Shown: positions 1 to 14,222 of the stretch, in pieces | Position numbering within the stretch: position 1 is the stretch's first letter | Layout: the number at the start of each line of letters is the position of its first letter | Source: Intoshia linei | Taxonomy: Eukaryota; Animalia; Orthonectida | Length of the DNA stretch: 64,000 bases | Direction: 5' to 3' | NCBI GenBank assembly: GCA_001642005.1 | Contig: LWCA01000028.1 | Span: forward strand, 1 to 64,000 | Notes under the pieces: model-generated | Databases searched by the model: none | What the model saw: only the letters and a program-made list of their open reading frames with translations | What the model was told of the DNA's origin: nothing | Made by a program: the position numbers and the translations under genes

Positions 1-2787
1 TATAGATACGCAATATTATACATCATATTTGAATATTAATTAATTCTGAGTAACTTTAACATAATGTTGACGATAATTTAAATCCATTTATAAGAGTATT
101 TAATTAATTAGTTAATAATAAGGCTTTAAAATTATTGCTTAGATTACATATTTTTAAAAATCATTTTGCTAATAATATACAGTCTCAAATAAGGCTCACT
201 GTTTTAGAAAAATTTTATAGCTCAGAGAAAACGTAAAGTATTGTACTTTAGTAGTGACACTTTCAATTGTTCACTTTGAATAATCTTTCGAAATAATTTT
301 ATGAAATAGTTTGGCTTTTATTTTGTGAAATTTAAGTTTTTATGAAGTGAAAATGTTATGTAAATTTTAGTAAAAATGAATAGTCTCGTAAGGGTTAAAA
401 TTCTCATAATTAGGTTAAATTCCAGAAAAAATAAAATTGTAAATACCGATAATTTATTTCTGAATGTAGTGGTATATATTCAGTATCGGCTTTCGATGAG
501 TAAAAAATAATTTTTATCAATAAATTATTAAATTAATGAACTCAACACTTAACCCTTTGAGGAATATTCATTATTTCAAAATGAGTTATATTGTAAAATG
601 TAAAAAAAAACTACCTGAAAATTCCAACATGCTATTTTTGCACTAATCTATCCTTTTTAGATTGTTTAATTAAATTTTAATGTATATAGATTTTAGGACT
701 ATATATATTAATAATAATTATTTAATTTTTTTTTTTAATACTGTAATTTTTATCAAAAAAGGGTAAATATTAAATTTTTTTTGGAAAAAGCTGAATTTGA
801 TTATTTTTTAAATTTGACCGTATGGGCTTATCAATTTCAAATTATTCATATACGAAATTTTGATAAGGATCGTGTGTAAACATAGTAGACAATTTAATAA
901 TATTGATCAGCTGACTCAAATTATATTATGAAAATGGAAAAATACCCATTAAGATGTTATTCAAAGTGTGGTCACTTCAATGAATAATAGATAAATTGAA
1001 CTTATGCTAAATAAAGGAGGAAAAACACATTATTAAATTGTATATTGTATAACCATTTTTTATTTATTGGCCTTTGTTTATTTCGCGGCTAATTATCGAT
1101 TTTGTCTGAAAACATTTCATAGAAAGGTGACAGTATAAAAATAAAAGAAAAAAGTTAATTTACATTATTTTGGTAGTAAATACTTTATTTTTAGTAATAC
1201 ATACTTTATTAGTTTATTATTATTATTATATTATTATTTATTATAAAAGTGAAAAATTTTACCCATAAATTCAAATGAAGATAAAAAGAAGAGAGTAAGA
1301 ATATGTTAGATTTCGATGTCGCATGAGGAGTTTGATGAAATTAATCTTTCTTAATATAAAAAGGTTAATTTGCAAAAGCTTTCTTTAAAAACATCACAAA
1401 AATCTCTCTGCAATAATGGAAAAATTTGTGGATGTTTTTTGAGGAATGACATTTTAAAAACAAGAGTTATTAATTATTATAAGAACAAGATGGAAGTTTG
1501 TATTTTTAAAAAATATCCAGAACAAACCTGATATTAAGAAAAAAATATTGTAGAATTTGTTTATAATTTACTAAAATCAAGTATTTACTACCAAAATAAC
1601 GTTAAATTACCGGGTAACCAGAAAAATAATGCTATCAACAAGTGCACTTTATATTACCTTTTTTGATAGAGTTGAACTAATCATGAAAATTAACTTTAAT
1701 AGACAAAAAAATAACATAAAATGGTTGGACCTATGTTTATTGCACGAACTGTATGGTCTTACGTGTAAAATGAGTTCCCCATGCCTGTATTAGTTATTGC
1801 TAATGCAATTTTTATTGGAAGCCAGAATTACCTTTTTAAGGTAAATTTAAAAAGCCTTAGTTTATTTTTCCAACATTTTTACATTTTCTAATATTAAAAT
1901 TGCTCATACCGTGTAGTGCAGCCGTGTCAAACTAGCGGTCCGCGGGCTAAATAGTCTCTTTAATTTTAATTGAAATTCAAATTGCTCGGTTAAATTTAAG
2001 TGCGACCCGCCGCAATTTTATAAGTTACATAATTTTATAAAACAAATTCTGGATAGTTTTAAAAATCATGAGCATTATTATCTATCGCAACTCGAAAAAC
2101 TTTAAATTAATTATAACATCTGTCTAAAATTAAAAATTCTGCCCTCGCCAGAGTTACAAGCTGTAGCTGCTGTTTGTACGAAGTACATAACAGCCAAGCT
2201 AATATTGAATTTAAATGGACATTTAATTAATTTAAAGTTTTCATCTTTCTAATAAATTCGTTAAATTTCTAGGTCTTACATGTGGGGGTTATCCTAACGG
2301 TTAAGAAACATGAACTAGCTGCTGATACACTGCTGTACAAAGTACATAAGTCATGCTAGTAACACATACAATGTAATGGATCATTAATTTAAAAAAATAT
2401 ATATAATAGCATGCCAATGCATTAAAACATAATTATATAATATAACAATTAATATATTAAAAAACATAATGGAACAAAAAGCGCATAGTATATTAAGTGT
2501 GTATTATTTTCAAATAAAATGTAAAGATACTTTACTCAAGTACTCAACATGATCATTCCCAAATATCTCAATAGAATTTATGTGTAAATAAATACTAATG
2601 AGCTAAATTGAATTTTATTCAATATTTGTATATTTTAAAACTGAAAAATGTATTTAAGGTCAGTTAATTATATTTAGAAATAGTTTCATTTAAAATATAA
2701 ACAGTAATCTATTAATTGGATTTTTAAATTAAATTAAATTATATATTGACCTCTTCTATTAAAAAATTTTAAAATATAAATTAAGAC

Positions 2788-5700
2788 ATGAGCCAAAAAA
2801 ATATATCAGAGATACCTGCAAAAGGTAAAATGATAAATATACAAAGTAGCAATATTGAGAAACCATGTTCCGTTTTTGTAAAACCAAAACCTCAACCTCA
2901 ATCTGAAAAAACAGTAATGGTATACAAAAAATGTTTGTTTTTAATTGATAGGAATGGAGGTGGCAATACGTTTGTATTTATGCTACATGGACAAATATAC
3001 AAGCACCATGTTTCAAAAATTTCAAAACAAAATTTATCTGAAAGTGATACATTCATACCTGATACATGTGATGATTATGTTGATTTTGTCAATACACCAA
3101 AAATTGAAATGGCTAAAAAATTTAAATTGTGGTGGCCATACACCTATAGAATTAGACAATTTTCTTCCGTCTCTGTTAAAAATTACATTTATATTTCGGG
3201 TGGATACGACATGATCAATAACATTGTTTTAAATCGAATTATTCGGTAAATTTACATAATACTTAACTTATACATTAACTCTTTTGTTGGTTTTAATTTA
3301 ATTTCATTGTAGATACGATATCAATAAAAATACATGGCTAGAGTTGACCCATATGAATAAACCGCGAATGAATCATGCTTCAACCATTTTTAGAAATACA
3401 TTAATTGTTGCGGGTATTATGGCATTTATATATTTTTATGATCAAATCTTTATCCAGAACAGTGTTAGCTTTAATTTTGTGAGAAATATGGCGAATTTTT
3501 TTTAAATTTTAAAAACTTTGCGGCAAAATACAGAACAAAAAACAAAACTGGAGAAGTATCAGTTTGGATAGACCTAGTACAACATTTAAAAATTCCATAA
3601 CTTTGTTATCAGGGTTTTGGCACTATACCTCAAAAATTTCCACCAAAACTTGTAAAATGTCAAATATTTCTGATTTTAATTAGAATTTATATTGAACTAC
3701 AGTTGTAGCTTGACTGTTTTGTTCCAAGTTCATAACAATACCTAGCACTGCCGACGAGGACTTTTTTAATTATATCAAAAAATAAATCCAATAATTAAAT
3801 CTTATATAAAAATGCTATTATTCATTATTAACAATCCTATTATAATAAATAATAATAATTATAATTATATTAAAATATTGTGAGAAACTCTGGTCTAGGG
3901 CAGAGGTGGTGGAAGCATTTACTGTTCGAAGGTCGCACTAACGTCCCAAAAAAATTTAATAAAGCCGCAACTTTCTAAATAAAATTTAATAAAATACAAT
4001 AGTGCTTCTCATAGGTTTACTGGTCATCCAAGAGTGAATAATATATTTTTAAGCATATTTTATTTAATTTACAATTTATTTTTATTTATTTTATTTGTAG
4101 TTAAATCTTGTGAGAAAAAACCAAAATTTTGCTAAACCTTTAATGAAAAATCCCCTTTTACCAAAATTTTAGATTAAAAATCTCTCTATCTGATTTCAAA
4201 AGTAAAAACCTAATTTTACCAACCCTCAAGGAAAAAAACCACTTTTACCAACATTTTTATGAAAAATCCCATTTTACCAAAAATTGCATGCGGCCTTAAT
4301 GACGGACTTTTCCTATCTCTGGTCTAGGGTATATGGATTAATGATTATAACTTATAACCAAATAAATGATAAAAATTACTGATTTACATAAGCTTCATTG
4401 TAATATTTAGGTGGTGAAACAAATATTGGAAAATTTACTGCATCATGCGAAAAATATGACTTTGAAACTGACTGTTGGTACACTTTTTCTAATTTACCAC
4501 TATACATGTCTGGACACTCTATATTAAATTATAACGATAAATATCTATTCGTTAGTGGAGGATATGACAATAATAAAATTTTAAACCACTTGATGTATAT
4601 TGTGTTTAATTATGTGACTACATAAAGATTTTAGAATGTATGAAAATTTAAATTGGATAGAATTAGATAAACACTACCCAGTTAAAATGCGAACAGCAAA
4701 AGAAAATCATGGAATGGCTTTTTATGATGGTCGGCTTATATTTATGGGAGGTAATGAAATAATGAAGTATAATTTCAAATAATGATACAATTGATTATTG
4801 TAATAAATATAATATTATAATTGTAATATTGGATTGCAATCTTTCATTAAAACATTTCAGGTAATAAAATGGAAAAGAAGCATAAAATGACATTGAATAC
4901 AATTGAATCAATAACTATTGATATTAAATTCGATAAGGCATTAGAAAATGGAGACATTATTACACCTTGGGATTATAATTTTCCTAAATTTCTATATGGT
5001 AGACACAGTTTTGGAGTATTTCAATTTGGAAAATACATTTTTTGTTTTGGAGGAACTAATGAAGAAAAATCAGAGTTTATTAAACAAATCGAATATATTG
5101 ATATGGAAAAGAAAAAAAGTTTTATTGCTCTTCGGGTTACAGGTGATGGTATGTTTTTATTTTTAATTATATAATTAAAAATAATATAATGTAATATACT
5201 AAGTTGACTGTTATGTACTTCGTACAAACAGTATCCTAGCTCTGCCAAGGGCAGACATTATAATTCTGCCTAAAAATAAAATATATAGAAAAAGTAATAA
5301 ATAAAAAGAAAAGTACGAAGAATCAATTATATAGATTTCCACCAATATTTCTTTATTATAAATGTGTAGACGCTCAATGCACATTTTTTTTAATTGTAGA
5401 ATCAATATTTACATTTTCAATTTTTATTTTACAATTATATAATATCGAAATATTTTTGAAATATTGGTTGGTAATATATTAAAAATTATTTTTTTCCGGA
5501 AATGCGTAGATTTCTGTGATTGAAATTTTGTATTTATATCAACTGAAATACGCTGTATCAAAATTATCTCTTTTTTTAATTGTAGACCGTTAATTATTTA
5601 AAAATTTATATTTTACATTTTTATAATAGTTTCGAAACAAAACAAAATAAATACTAAAATGTTTTTTTTGATCGTGAAGGCGTAACTTTGTCAGATTGAA

Positions 5701-7631
5701 ATTTTTTCTGTGTGTTAACAGTATATAACTGTATCATCTGTACATTTTTTAAAATTATAGGGCTATTTTCATTTAAAAAAAAGGTAATATGTGGTTTTGA
5801 TTCTGATAATAAAGTTTTTTCAGGTTGCTATTTATGATAATGTTTATGATTTTAAAAACTATTCCAGAATTTATGTTATATAAAATTCTCAGAGTTTTTT
5901 AATTTTGATACAAAAGGGTAATGTAGGGTTTTGACCATAAAGATATAACATTGTAAAATTAAATATAATAATAATTTTAATATTTTGATGATTTTAATTT
6001 AATTTTTATCAGATTGTATATTTTTTATAGTTCTAGAACGGATTTGAAATTTAAAAAAAGGACAATTAAGGTTTTTGATCTTGAAGGACTTCATTTCTAA
6101 AAATTTAATTTGCGATAAAATATCACTCTCAGAAAACTGTAATAGAAATATAGAATATTTAAAACTCGACTCTTTTTACTTTATTAAATAAACTGGAACA
6201 AACAAATAAATAAACTGACATACATTTTTAACTAAATTACTTTACATATATCCTAACTTATATAAAAGGCTACGCGATTTTTGTGTGTATGTCTGTGTGT
6301 TCCACTTTATTGAAATAACCACCACTCTTAGAATTTTTTAAAGACCACATTTCAATTACAGTTTTTTCTAGGACGTAGAATAAGATAAATTTCAAGCTGC
6401 CAATTTCACATCTTACGGATCAAAAACCCCTGTTGTCCCTCTTTTTGAAAATCAAACGAGTTGGAGAATTTAAAAAAATATATACGCTGATACGGATTTT
6501 AAAATCATAAACATTATCATAAATTTAAATTTAAAAAAATTATATCTTCATGGCCAAAACCCAAAATTACCCTTCTTTTTTTAATGAAAACAGCCCTAGA
6601 ATTTCAAAAAAATTACAGGTTGTACAGATGTATCCTGTTACCACACACATATAATTTCAATCCGAATAAGTGACGACTTCACGGTTAAAATAGCATTTTA
6701 GTATTCATACATTTTTTTTCCAAAATATTTTATTAAAACATTAAAATGTGAAATAATTAACGGTTCGAAAATAAAAAAAAAAATTATTCTGATAGAGCTT
6801 ATTCCAGTTGATATAAATACAAAATTTTTCCCAGAAATCAACCATTCATGGTCACAAATAATTTTTAATACATTATCAACCAATATTTTTCAAATATTTC
6901 GATTAAAATCAAAAATTGAAAATGTAATTGATCCTTACAATTTCAAAAAAATGTACATTATACGTTAAGATTTCCAATAAAGACATTGTAATGTTTAGAT
7001 AAGGAATATTCTGAAATATAATCCTTTGCAATAATAGTAAAATTTGACTGAAATGTTTATAAATTGAAGATTCAGTTTTATACAGATTAATACACAATTG
7101 GTATTTTTAAATATTTATTTAATTGGTACTAAATATATGTCATCACATTGAAAATGACAAAATGTGTTTTTATAATTTTATTTTTTTTGGAATTTATGTT
7201 ATTTATGACAATTTTTAGGATTGGACTATTTTTACTTTATTTTTAATATTATACACACATTCTGTCTAATAAATTAAAAAAATGGGATAACAATTGTTTT
7301 TAAAATTCTTTACGCAAATTTTAACAAACAAAAAATTAAGATGGAGTAATTCACTTTATTGTAAAAAGTAATTTGATATGATGGCTCCACCTGAAACAAA
7401 TTTGGGAACCACTCCTATAAAGGATTGATAATAGTTAATAGTAGGATTTTTAAGTTAGATTTTCAATATTTCAATGAATTTATTTTTTTGGTATAATAAA
7501 AATGTGCCCTCGGCAGAGCTAGGTGCTGTTTGTACGTAGTACAAAACAGTCAAGCTAGTAATGTATAATTATTAGCAAGCTTTGGAAATTTGCAATGTGT
7601 TCAAGTTCCAGTCAACAATCAAACAATCTAA
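2788..7631 (+). CDS. Kelch-repeat beta-propeller protein (spliced, ~6 exons)
   Basis: Kelch repeats with GG and W motifs (YIYISGGYD, YLFVSGGYD, IFCFGGT). GT-AG exons at about 2788-3246, 3313-3413, 4411-4594, 4636-4750 and 4861-5148, plus an in-phase last exon 7576-7631 (ASFGNLQCVQVPVNNQTI*). Confidence 0.75.
3901..4321. mobile_element. hAT-type MITE in a Kelch intron
   Basis: CAGAG...CTCTG termini, perfect 8-bp TSD GTCTAGGG (3893-3900 and 4322-4329), internal ~30-nt TTTTACCAA repeats. Confidence 0.8.
5199..6250 (-). mobile_element. Non-autonomous Helitron, reverse copy
   Basis: Reverse-complement similarity to 6251-7558. The 3' hairpin plus TTAG/CTAG end lies at 5199-5260. Confidence 0.65.
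6251..7558 (+). mobile_element. Non-autonomous Helitron, apparently complete
   Basis: 5' end A|TCCTAACTTATATAAA followed by a TG-rich microsatellite-like tract. 3' hairpin CTGTTTGTAC-GTA-GTACAAAACAG then CTAG|T. Inserted between A and T with no TSD. Many related copies in the window. Confidence 0.75.
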
Positions 7632-8253
7632 TACCTTTTATACCAAAATTCCGTAACAAATCGATATTTATTTTTAATAAATTAAAATGATGTATATGTT
7701 TTTAATAAAAAAATATTTTAAAAGAAAATTTCTCTATGGTGGCTGATGTAAACCAACTGACTGTTAAGTGTAATAAATAGCTGATGAATATAATCTTCAA
7801 TATTTTTAAATTTTATTAAGTTATCTCAAAAAAACCAACTTGAATGGTCATTTTAATGTAGTGGTCATCGATTTTTATGGATTCTCATGACAAACATAAA
7901 ATTAAAATAATAGAATCGAAAAGCCAACGCAAAATAACCCATAAAATAACGAAATTTTTTTTTAAATCAGATTTTACATATTTGTATTGTGGTTTATATT
8001 AATTTACAGTTCCATACAACACTTTTTGTCGTCAAAATATACACTTTTTACGTATATATAATGTGAGTTTAACGATCTGTAAAAATTTAATATTATATAT
8101 CATTCTAATCCTTGTAGTGAGTAGATCAATAATAAATTAAAACTATTCGGTTATCTTGAAAAAATTTTCATTTTGTTACACCTTAGTTATATGTATGTTA
8201 ATAAAGTTCATTCTTTTTTACTCATTATCAAAATTTAAATGAAACTATAAATA

Positions 8254-10262
8254 ATGTGTAATGATCTTCCAGGATTTTACTACGATCCTATCACCAACAG
8301 ATATTTCCCTGAGAATCAAAATTGCAAGAAAAAACCTGTACCAAGTAAATTTATGACCAAATTTTTATTATCGTGTAAAATTTACAGTAAATATGAAAAA
8401 TTCAAATGATACCATAGGTTATTTCATTTGTCACCAATGATTTGTGTATCATTGAATTTTATCAAAATTTACAAAAACAAATAATTTAACTTTAAATACA
8501 CAATGCTACACTATCCTTAATAAGGTTACTTATATATATGTAGAATTGAATGTCTGTTTCTGTCTGTGATACCACTTATTTCAACAACTAGAGTCCAAGA
8601 ATTTTCAAAAACACAAATTCCGAGTCATTTTTTTCCAGGGGAGAAAGTTAGATAAATACTAATCTCAGAAACTTACATTTTCCCAGTCAAAAACCCCAAT
8701 TATCCTTTTTTTTAAATCAAACTAGTTCTAGAATTTTATAAAACCTACATGTACCTAGTAAAAGCTTTCCATCCATTTTTTATTTTCAAAAATAGTATCT
8801 ACAATTTTTAGAATTATCTAATTGGTATACAAAACATCAAATACACAAAAACAAAACTATAAGTAGTTATGAATATATCAATTCATTTTCGAATGGATCT
8901 ATTAATAATATCAATTTTGCATATTTAAAATATGCATCTTTTTTTAAATCTTTAAAATTGTCGAAAATTCGTTTGAAAAAAGACGATGACTATTTAAATA
9001 CTGAATATTTTGATTGGATATACATGTACCAACCGAATTGTGATACTAGAATTATGTTTTTGGCTTGGAATCGTATGAAATCAAAATTCGTTAATGGAGA
9101 TTTTAACATTAAATGCGAGGATTCTCTATGTTTTGAATTATTACACTATGAACAATTGGAATGGAATTGGGCCATTCAAACATCTTTATTAACTGTAAAT
9201 TCTTTTTTCGATATTATCCCGAGACCCCTAGATATAGTTACATTAGAGTATGGTAATTATGTGATTATTTTGACTAATCGACACTTTACTCACTTGATAA
9301 AGCTCAATATTGAAAATTTTGTTGTAGTGGACGCACAACTTTTGAAAAGGTATAGTTTGGAAAAGTATGGTACATTGTTGATATTGAATATTAAGGTACA
9401 AGAATGCTTCTATATTGACAGCTAAAATGAAAAACTTTTATTCTATAAGTGTAAACAAAAAAGCAAACATTTATAATGATGAATTTACAAAAATTAATAT
9501 TTTTAAAAAAGAAGCCTTTATTTCATGTCAATTGATTGACGATAAAGTATGATTCTATTTATATCTGTAGTATACTATATACACTTTTAGACTGTTTTTT
9601 ACGGTGATTATAATGGTAATATAAGTTTTTGTGATACGAGGACCAGTAACAATTCCACTTTAAAGAATACCATATTTTGTGATAAATACTTGTTGAATTC
9701 CATGTGCATTGAAGATTATATTTTATATACAACTGATATTTGCGATAAGGTAATAATTTAGTAAATACATTGTATTTGTATCGTGTCTACTTTTTTATTT
9801 ATTACTAAAAATTTTTTAAATGGCGAATGTGAACAATATTTTTCTAAAAATTTGTTGAAATCGTTTTTCGCAATTTTCTCACAAATTAACTAGGAGCCAA
9901 TTATAATTGTTGATAATATTTTTAGATTTTCGTTCACGATATACGAAATTTTTCCAAGCTTTGGGATAATAGTCAATTATTTCTAAAACACAACTGTGTA
10001 TCAAAATGTGTTCTCAGAAAATACAAAGAATACGTTTATTATAGTGATTTAATCTTTTTCGTTTTTAAATGTAAATTTAGTTGACCACAATAATTATTTA
10101 TTTGTTTTTAATAAACAAGGAAATATTGTGTATAGATATCAATTCAACGTTAATGTAAATGTTCATTTAAATCAAGTATTTATCTATGATATCTTGGATT
10201 TCCCACAAATACTTGCGTTTCATCAAGATGAGTTATTTTATTTGTACAAATACCAATTGTGA
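8254..10262 (+). CDS. DCAF4: DCAF4/WDR21-like WD40 protein (divergent, spliced)
   Basis: N-terminal MCNDLPGFYYDPITNRYFP matches the DCAF4 LPGFYFDPEKKRYF motif. WD-like segment GDYNGNISFCDTR at ~9600-9640. Includes ORF 8958-9425. Confidence 0.6.
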
Positions 10263-10527
10263 TTATTATTGTATTGTAAATATAATGTATAAATGTTATT
10301 TTTGGTCCACATTCAAGACTATTAACTAGTGCTTCCAAATGAGCGATTCGAATCATTTTCAAAATAATAAAAATAATCATTTATATTTTTAACTAGTTAA
10401 CTTATTTACTACGTACAAATATCATCTAGCTCTGACCGATGGCACAGTTTTATTCTATAAAAAAATAAATTCAATAAGAAAATCTAACTTAAAAATGCTA
10501 CTATTCACTATTATCAATCCTTTAAAG

Positions 10528-11661
10528 GAGTGGTTTCCAAACTTATTTCACGTGGATCCGTCATATCACATAAATTTAATTTTAATTTAAAGTGAATTAT
10601 TCCATCTTAATTTTTTGTTAACATTTGTGTAAAGAATTTTAAAAATAATTGTTATCACATTTTTTTAATTTATTAGACAGAATGAATGTATAATCTTAAT
10701 GAATAAAATAAATGCTAAATGTGAACGCCTTTTCAAAAAATTCTGTATTGATAATAATGATAAAGATATGTGCGATTATTGTTACATGCTGATATTAGAT
10801 GGCTATCAAAGGGAAATTGTTTAAAAAAGTTTATGGAATTATTTGGTTCTATCAGTCAATGTTAAGAAAATAAACCTGAACTGGACCTTCTTCTGACTAC
10901 TGATGGAAAAACATATATGAGCTATTTAACTGATATGTTTGAAAAATTAAATACATTGAATAAGAATCTATAAGGAAGAGATAAGACGCTCGTAGAATTA
11001 AAAAATCATATATTTGGATTTATTTCACTATTAGATGTTTATATAGAAAATATTTCATCCAATAATTATAGTCATTTCTTGGGGTTAAATAAATTATGTT
11101 AGAGAATTAGCAAAAAAACAATATTATATCATTTTAATATACGTTTTGAAGATATTAAACTTATGCATATTCGATTGTGGTTGACGCAAATTTTTTTGAT
11201 AGATTTATTAAATGTAAATATCAAATACCAAAAAGAATTGCATGATAAATCTTTACAAACTGTATTTAGCATCAAAGGAACTATGATGTGGCCTACTGAA
11301 ACTTTCAAAAATTATCTGACTTCAACTACTTTTGCTAGTATTGCTTTGTTACCATTTCCATCCTCTTATTCACAGAATGCTGGTTTAGTGCAGTTTTATA
11401 CGTACTGACAAAAAAATAAATAGACTACAAATTTCAAAAACGGGACATCTAGGATTAAAGTTTACAACATCTGTACTTAATATTAATAAACTCTGTCAGA
11501 ATCGTCAGGTTCAAATGTCTCATTAATTCCAAAAAATAAATACATTATTATTGTTTTTATCATTATTTTATTATAATTCGCTCGAATTTTTTTTCAGTGG
11601 GGCCTGGGATTTTTTTTAACGTAAAAATGGGGTGTAGCATAAAAAACATTGGGAAACACTG
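10528..11661 (+). mobile_element. Degenerate hAT (Buster/Charlie) transposon with transposase relic
   Basis: GAGTGGTTTCCAAAC...TTGGGAAACACTG termini. Frameshifted transposase pieces (YLTDMFEKLNTLNK; LLPFPSSY) that match 33477-33701. Confidence 0.75.
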
Positions 11662-13208
11662 GTATATACATTCAATACACATTTTTTTTGAAATTGTAGG
11701 ATGACAGTACGGAAAGACATAATTCTATTTTATATTCAAGGTGTCTTAACCCATTTAACTAACTACCAAAACGTAAATTATTATATGAAATTCAGATTTA
11801 TTCAGATTCTGAATAGATTCTTAGTAAAAATTTCTTACAGTCGTTAATATTTTGTTGGTATTTGTAAATAAGTAATTAACTTATTATTTTTGTTGATTAT
11901 AATCAACAACCATAAAGATCTACTAACGTTGAAATTAATCCATAAGCTTAATATCATATTACCAACATTATCGTTTAGATGAATAACTAGCAGCGAATAA
12001 TACAAAATTAATAATATTATTATTATTTAAGACTTAAATTGAGTTTAATTTAAACTTTAAATGAAAAAGTATGTATAAATTATAGAAATATTATAGAAAA
12101 TAAACTATAATATATATGTTTAAATTAATATTAAGTTAAAAATTTTAAATTTAAGTTTAAACGTCGTGCGTAACTCAACCCCAAAATTTTAGCAGATTTT
12201 AATGCTGACATGATGTTTGTAATTATAATACTAGACTGTTGTAATAGTGAAGTTACAAGCATAAGTTAGAGCAGTTTTAGCAGTTCAATTTGTTGTAATA
12301 GTGAACAGTTCCAACTGAACTGTAACTTCACTTTAATATTAATAAACTTGTTTTAGCACATTTATTTCGATTTTGATAATGTTAGATTCGAACTTCAGAT
12401 CTAATAGCCTTATTCTTCATTGATACCATTACATAGACTAATTTTTACTAAGGCTAAGAGAGATTTCGTTATGTGAATGTAGTAATTTCGTCTAAATGGA
12501 AACAATACAAATATAGATAGATCATTTTCTGTAATATAACAGAAAATAATATTAAGTTTGTAATTTAACGATAAGATTTGTTGCTTTGATTCAAACTTTA
12601 TTCTGTGTTCTAGAATAAATGTGATGAAAAATAAATAAAGTATATAGTTTATATGGATATATGAAATATACTACAGTGAAACACCCTAATGATTATTTAC
12701 TTTTTCAATGCAACATTTGAAAAATATTGGTTGATAATATGTATAAAATTATTTTTCACCGTGACTGCGTAGATTTTTAGGTTAAAATTTGGTAATTATA
12801 TCAATTGGAATAAGCTGTATCAGAATATTTATTTTTTTTTTAATTGTACAACCGTTAATTATTTCAAATTTTTTGTTTTAAAAATATATTTTGTTAATAA
12901 AATAATATAATAAAAAATTGAATACTAAAGTGCTTTTTTGACCATGAAGACGTCACTTATATAATACTAGATATAACTATCATTCGTAATTTTTTAAAAA
13001 TTTTAAGGTTGTTTTCACTTAAAAAAAGGTAATCTGGGTTTTTTACCATGAAAATTACCTTTGAGATTATCATTTATGATAAGACATTAAATAAGACTTT
13101 CTTAATTTTTACAAAAAAGGGTAATTTGTGGTTTTGGCCGTGAAGATATAAGATTTTCAAATTAAAAATTATCACAATATTGATGAACTTAAAACTTTTT
13201 ACTATAAT

Positions 13209-13858
13209 TAGTGCGACCATATTTTTAACGTACTAATATTGCTTAGAAACGAAAATGTAAAAAATATATAAAAAAAATTGTGTAACTAGACAATAACTAA
13301 ATTGAGACATAGTTTGATAACCATGAGTAATTGCTGAAAATGAAATATATATTTATTAAAATTAAATTCCATTTAAAGTCCAAAAATTATTAGTAACACT
13401 AAATACTCTTTCTACATATGTATTTGAGCAATTTAGAGAATAATAAATCTGGATAAATTTTTTGAATCCATTAGTATCGATATTATCACACAAATCCTTC
13501 CAAGGAGGAATAGTAAGAGAATTTTTTATACATAAATCAATTGCAACAAATTCATTGAAGATTTCATCTCGATTTATCTGGTTAAATAAATTTATTTTGT
13601 CATAAATTGTGATACATTTTTGTATGTTGATCCAATTAACTTGAGTTTTATTAATAACAAAGTAGAATGGTGATAAATATTGAATTTGAATGTTGTTACA
13701 ATATATACTATAGATACGTAAAAATAAGTAAAAGTTATAAATAAGAAAATTTGTAATATAAAATTTAAATTCATAACTTTATTTAGTACGTTAAAAGTAT
13801 GTTATTAGCACTGTGCCAATAATGTATTTTTTTTAAAATAACGTACTTATGGTCACTA
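13209..13858 (-). mobile_element. hAT deletion derivative with TAGTG...CACTA termini (hATw-like)
   Basis: TIRs TAGTGCGACCATA / TATGGTCACTA, flanked by the direct repeat CTATAAT (7 bp). The minus strand encodes the hAT dimerisation motif SNTYVERVFSVTNNFWT. Confidence 0.7.
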
Positions 13859-14222
13859 CTATAATATGTAAATATCATAATTCTAAAACAGGTTTGAATT
13901 TAAAAATAATCGGGAATTTAGTTTTTAACCTTGAAGGACTCAATCTCTGAAATTGAAATTTGCGATAAAACATCACCCTGGAAAAACTGTTATAAGAATA
14001 TGAAATTTGTAAAACTTGTCTCCCATTACTTTCATAAATAAACAAACACATTTTTAACCATTTTACTTTATATATGTAAGGATGTAATTTAAATATAACT
14101 TTCCTTTTACCGTTAACACTAGTTTATTGTATGTCACCACTGTTACTAAAATGTTATTAAATATTATTTATTGATTACACAGCAACGCTGATAATTTAAA
14201 CATAATAATTTATCATTTATAA

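Noticed and set aside
380-570. piggyBac-like ends (AAGGG-TTAA at ~390, TTAA-CCCTTT at ~549)
   Set aside because: The two ends face away from each other and no partner TIR or transposase could be established.
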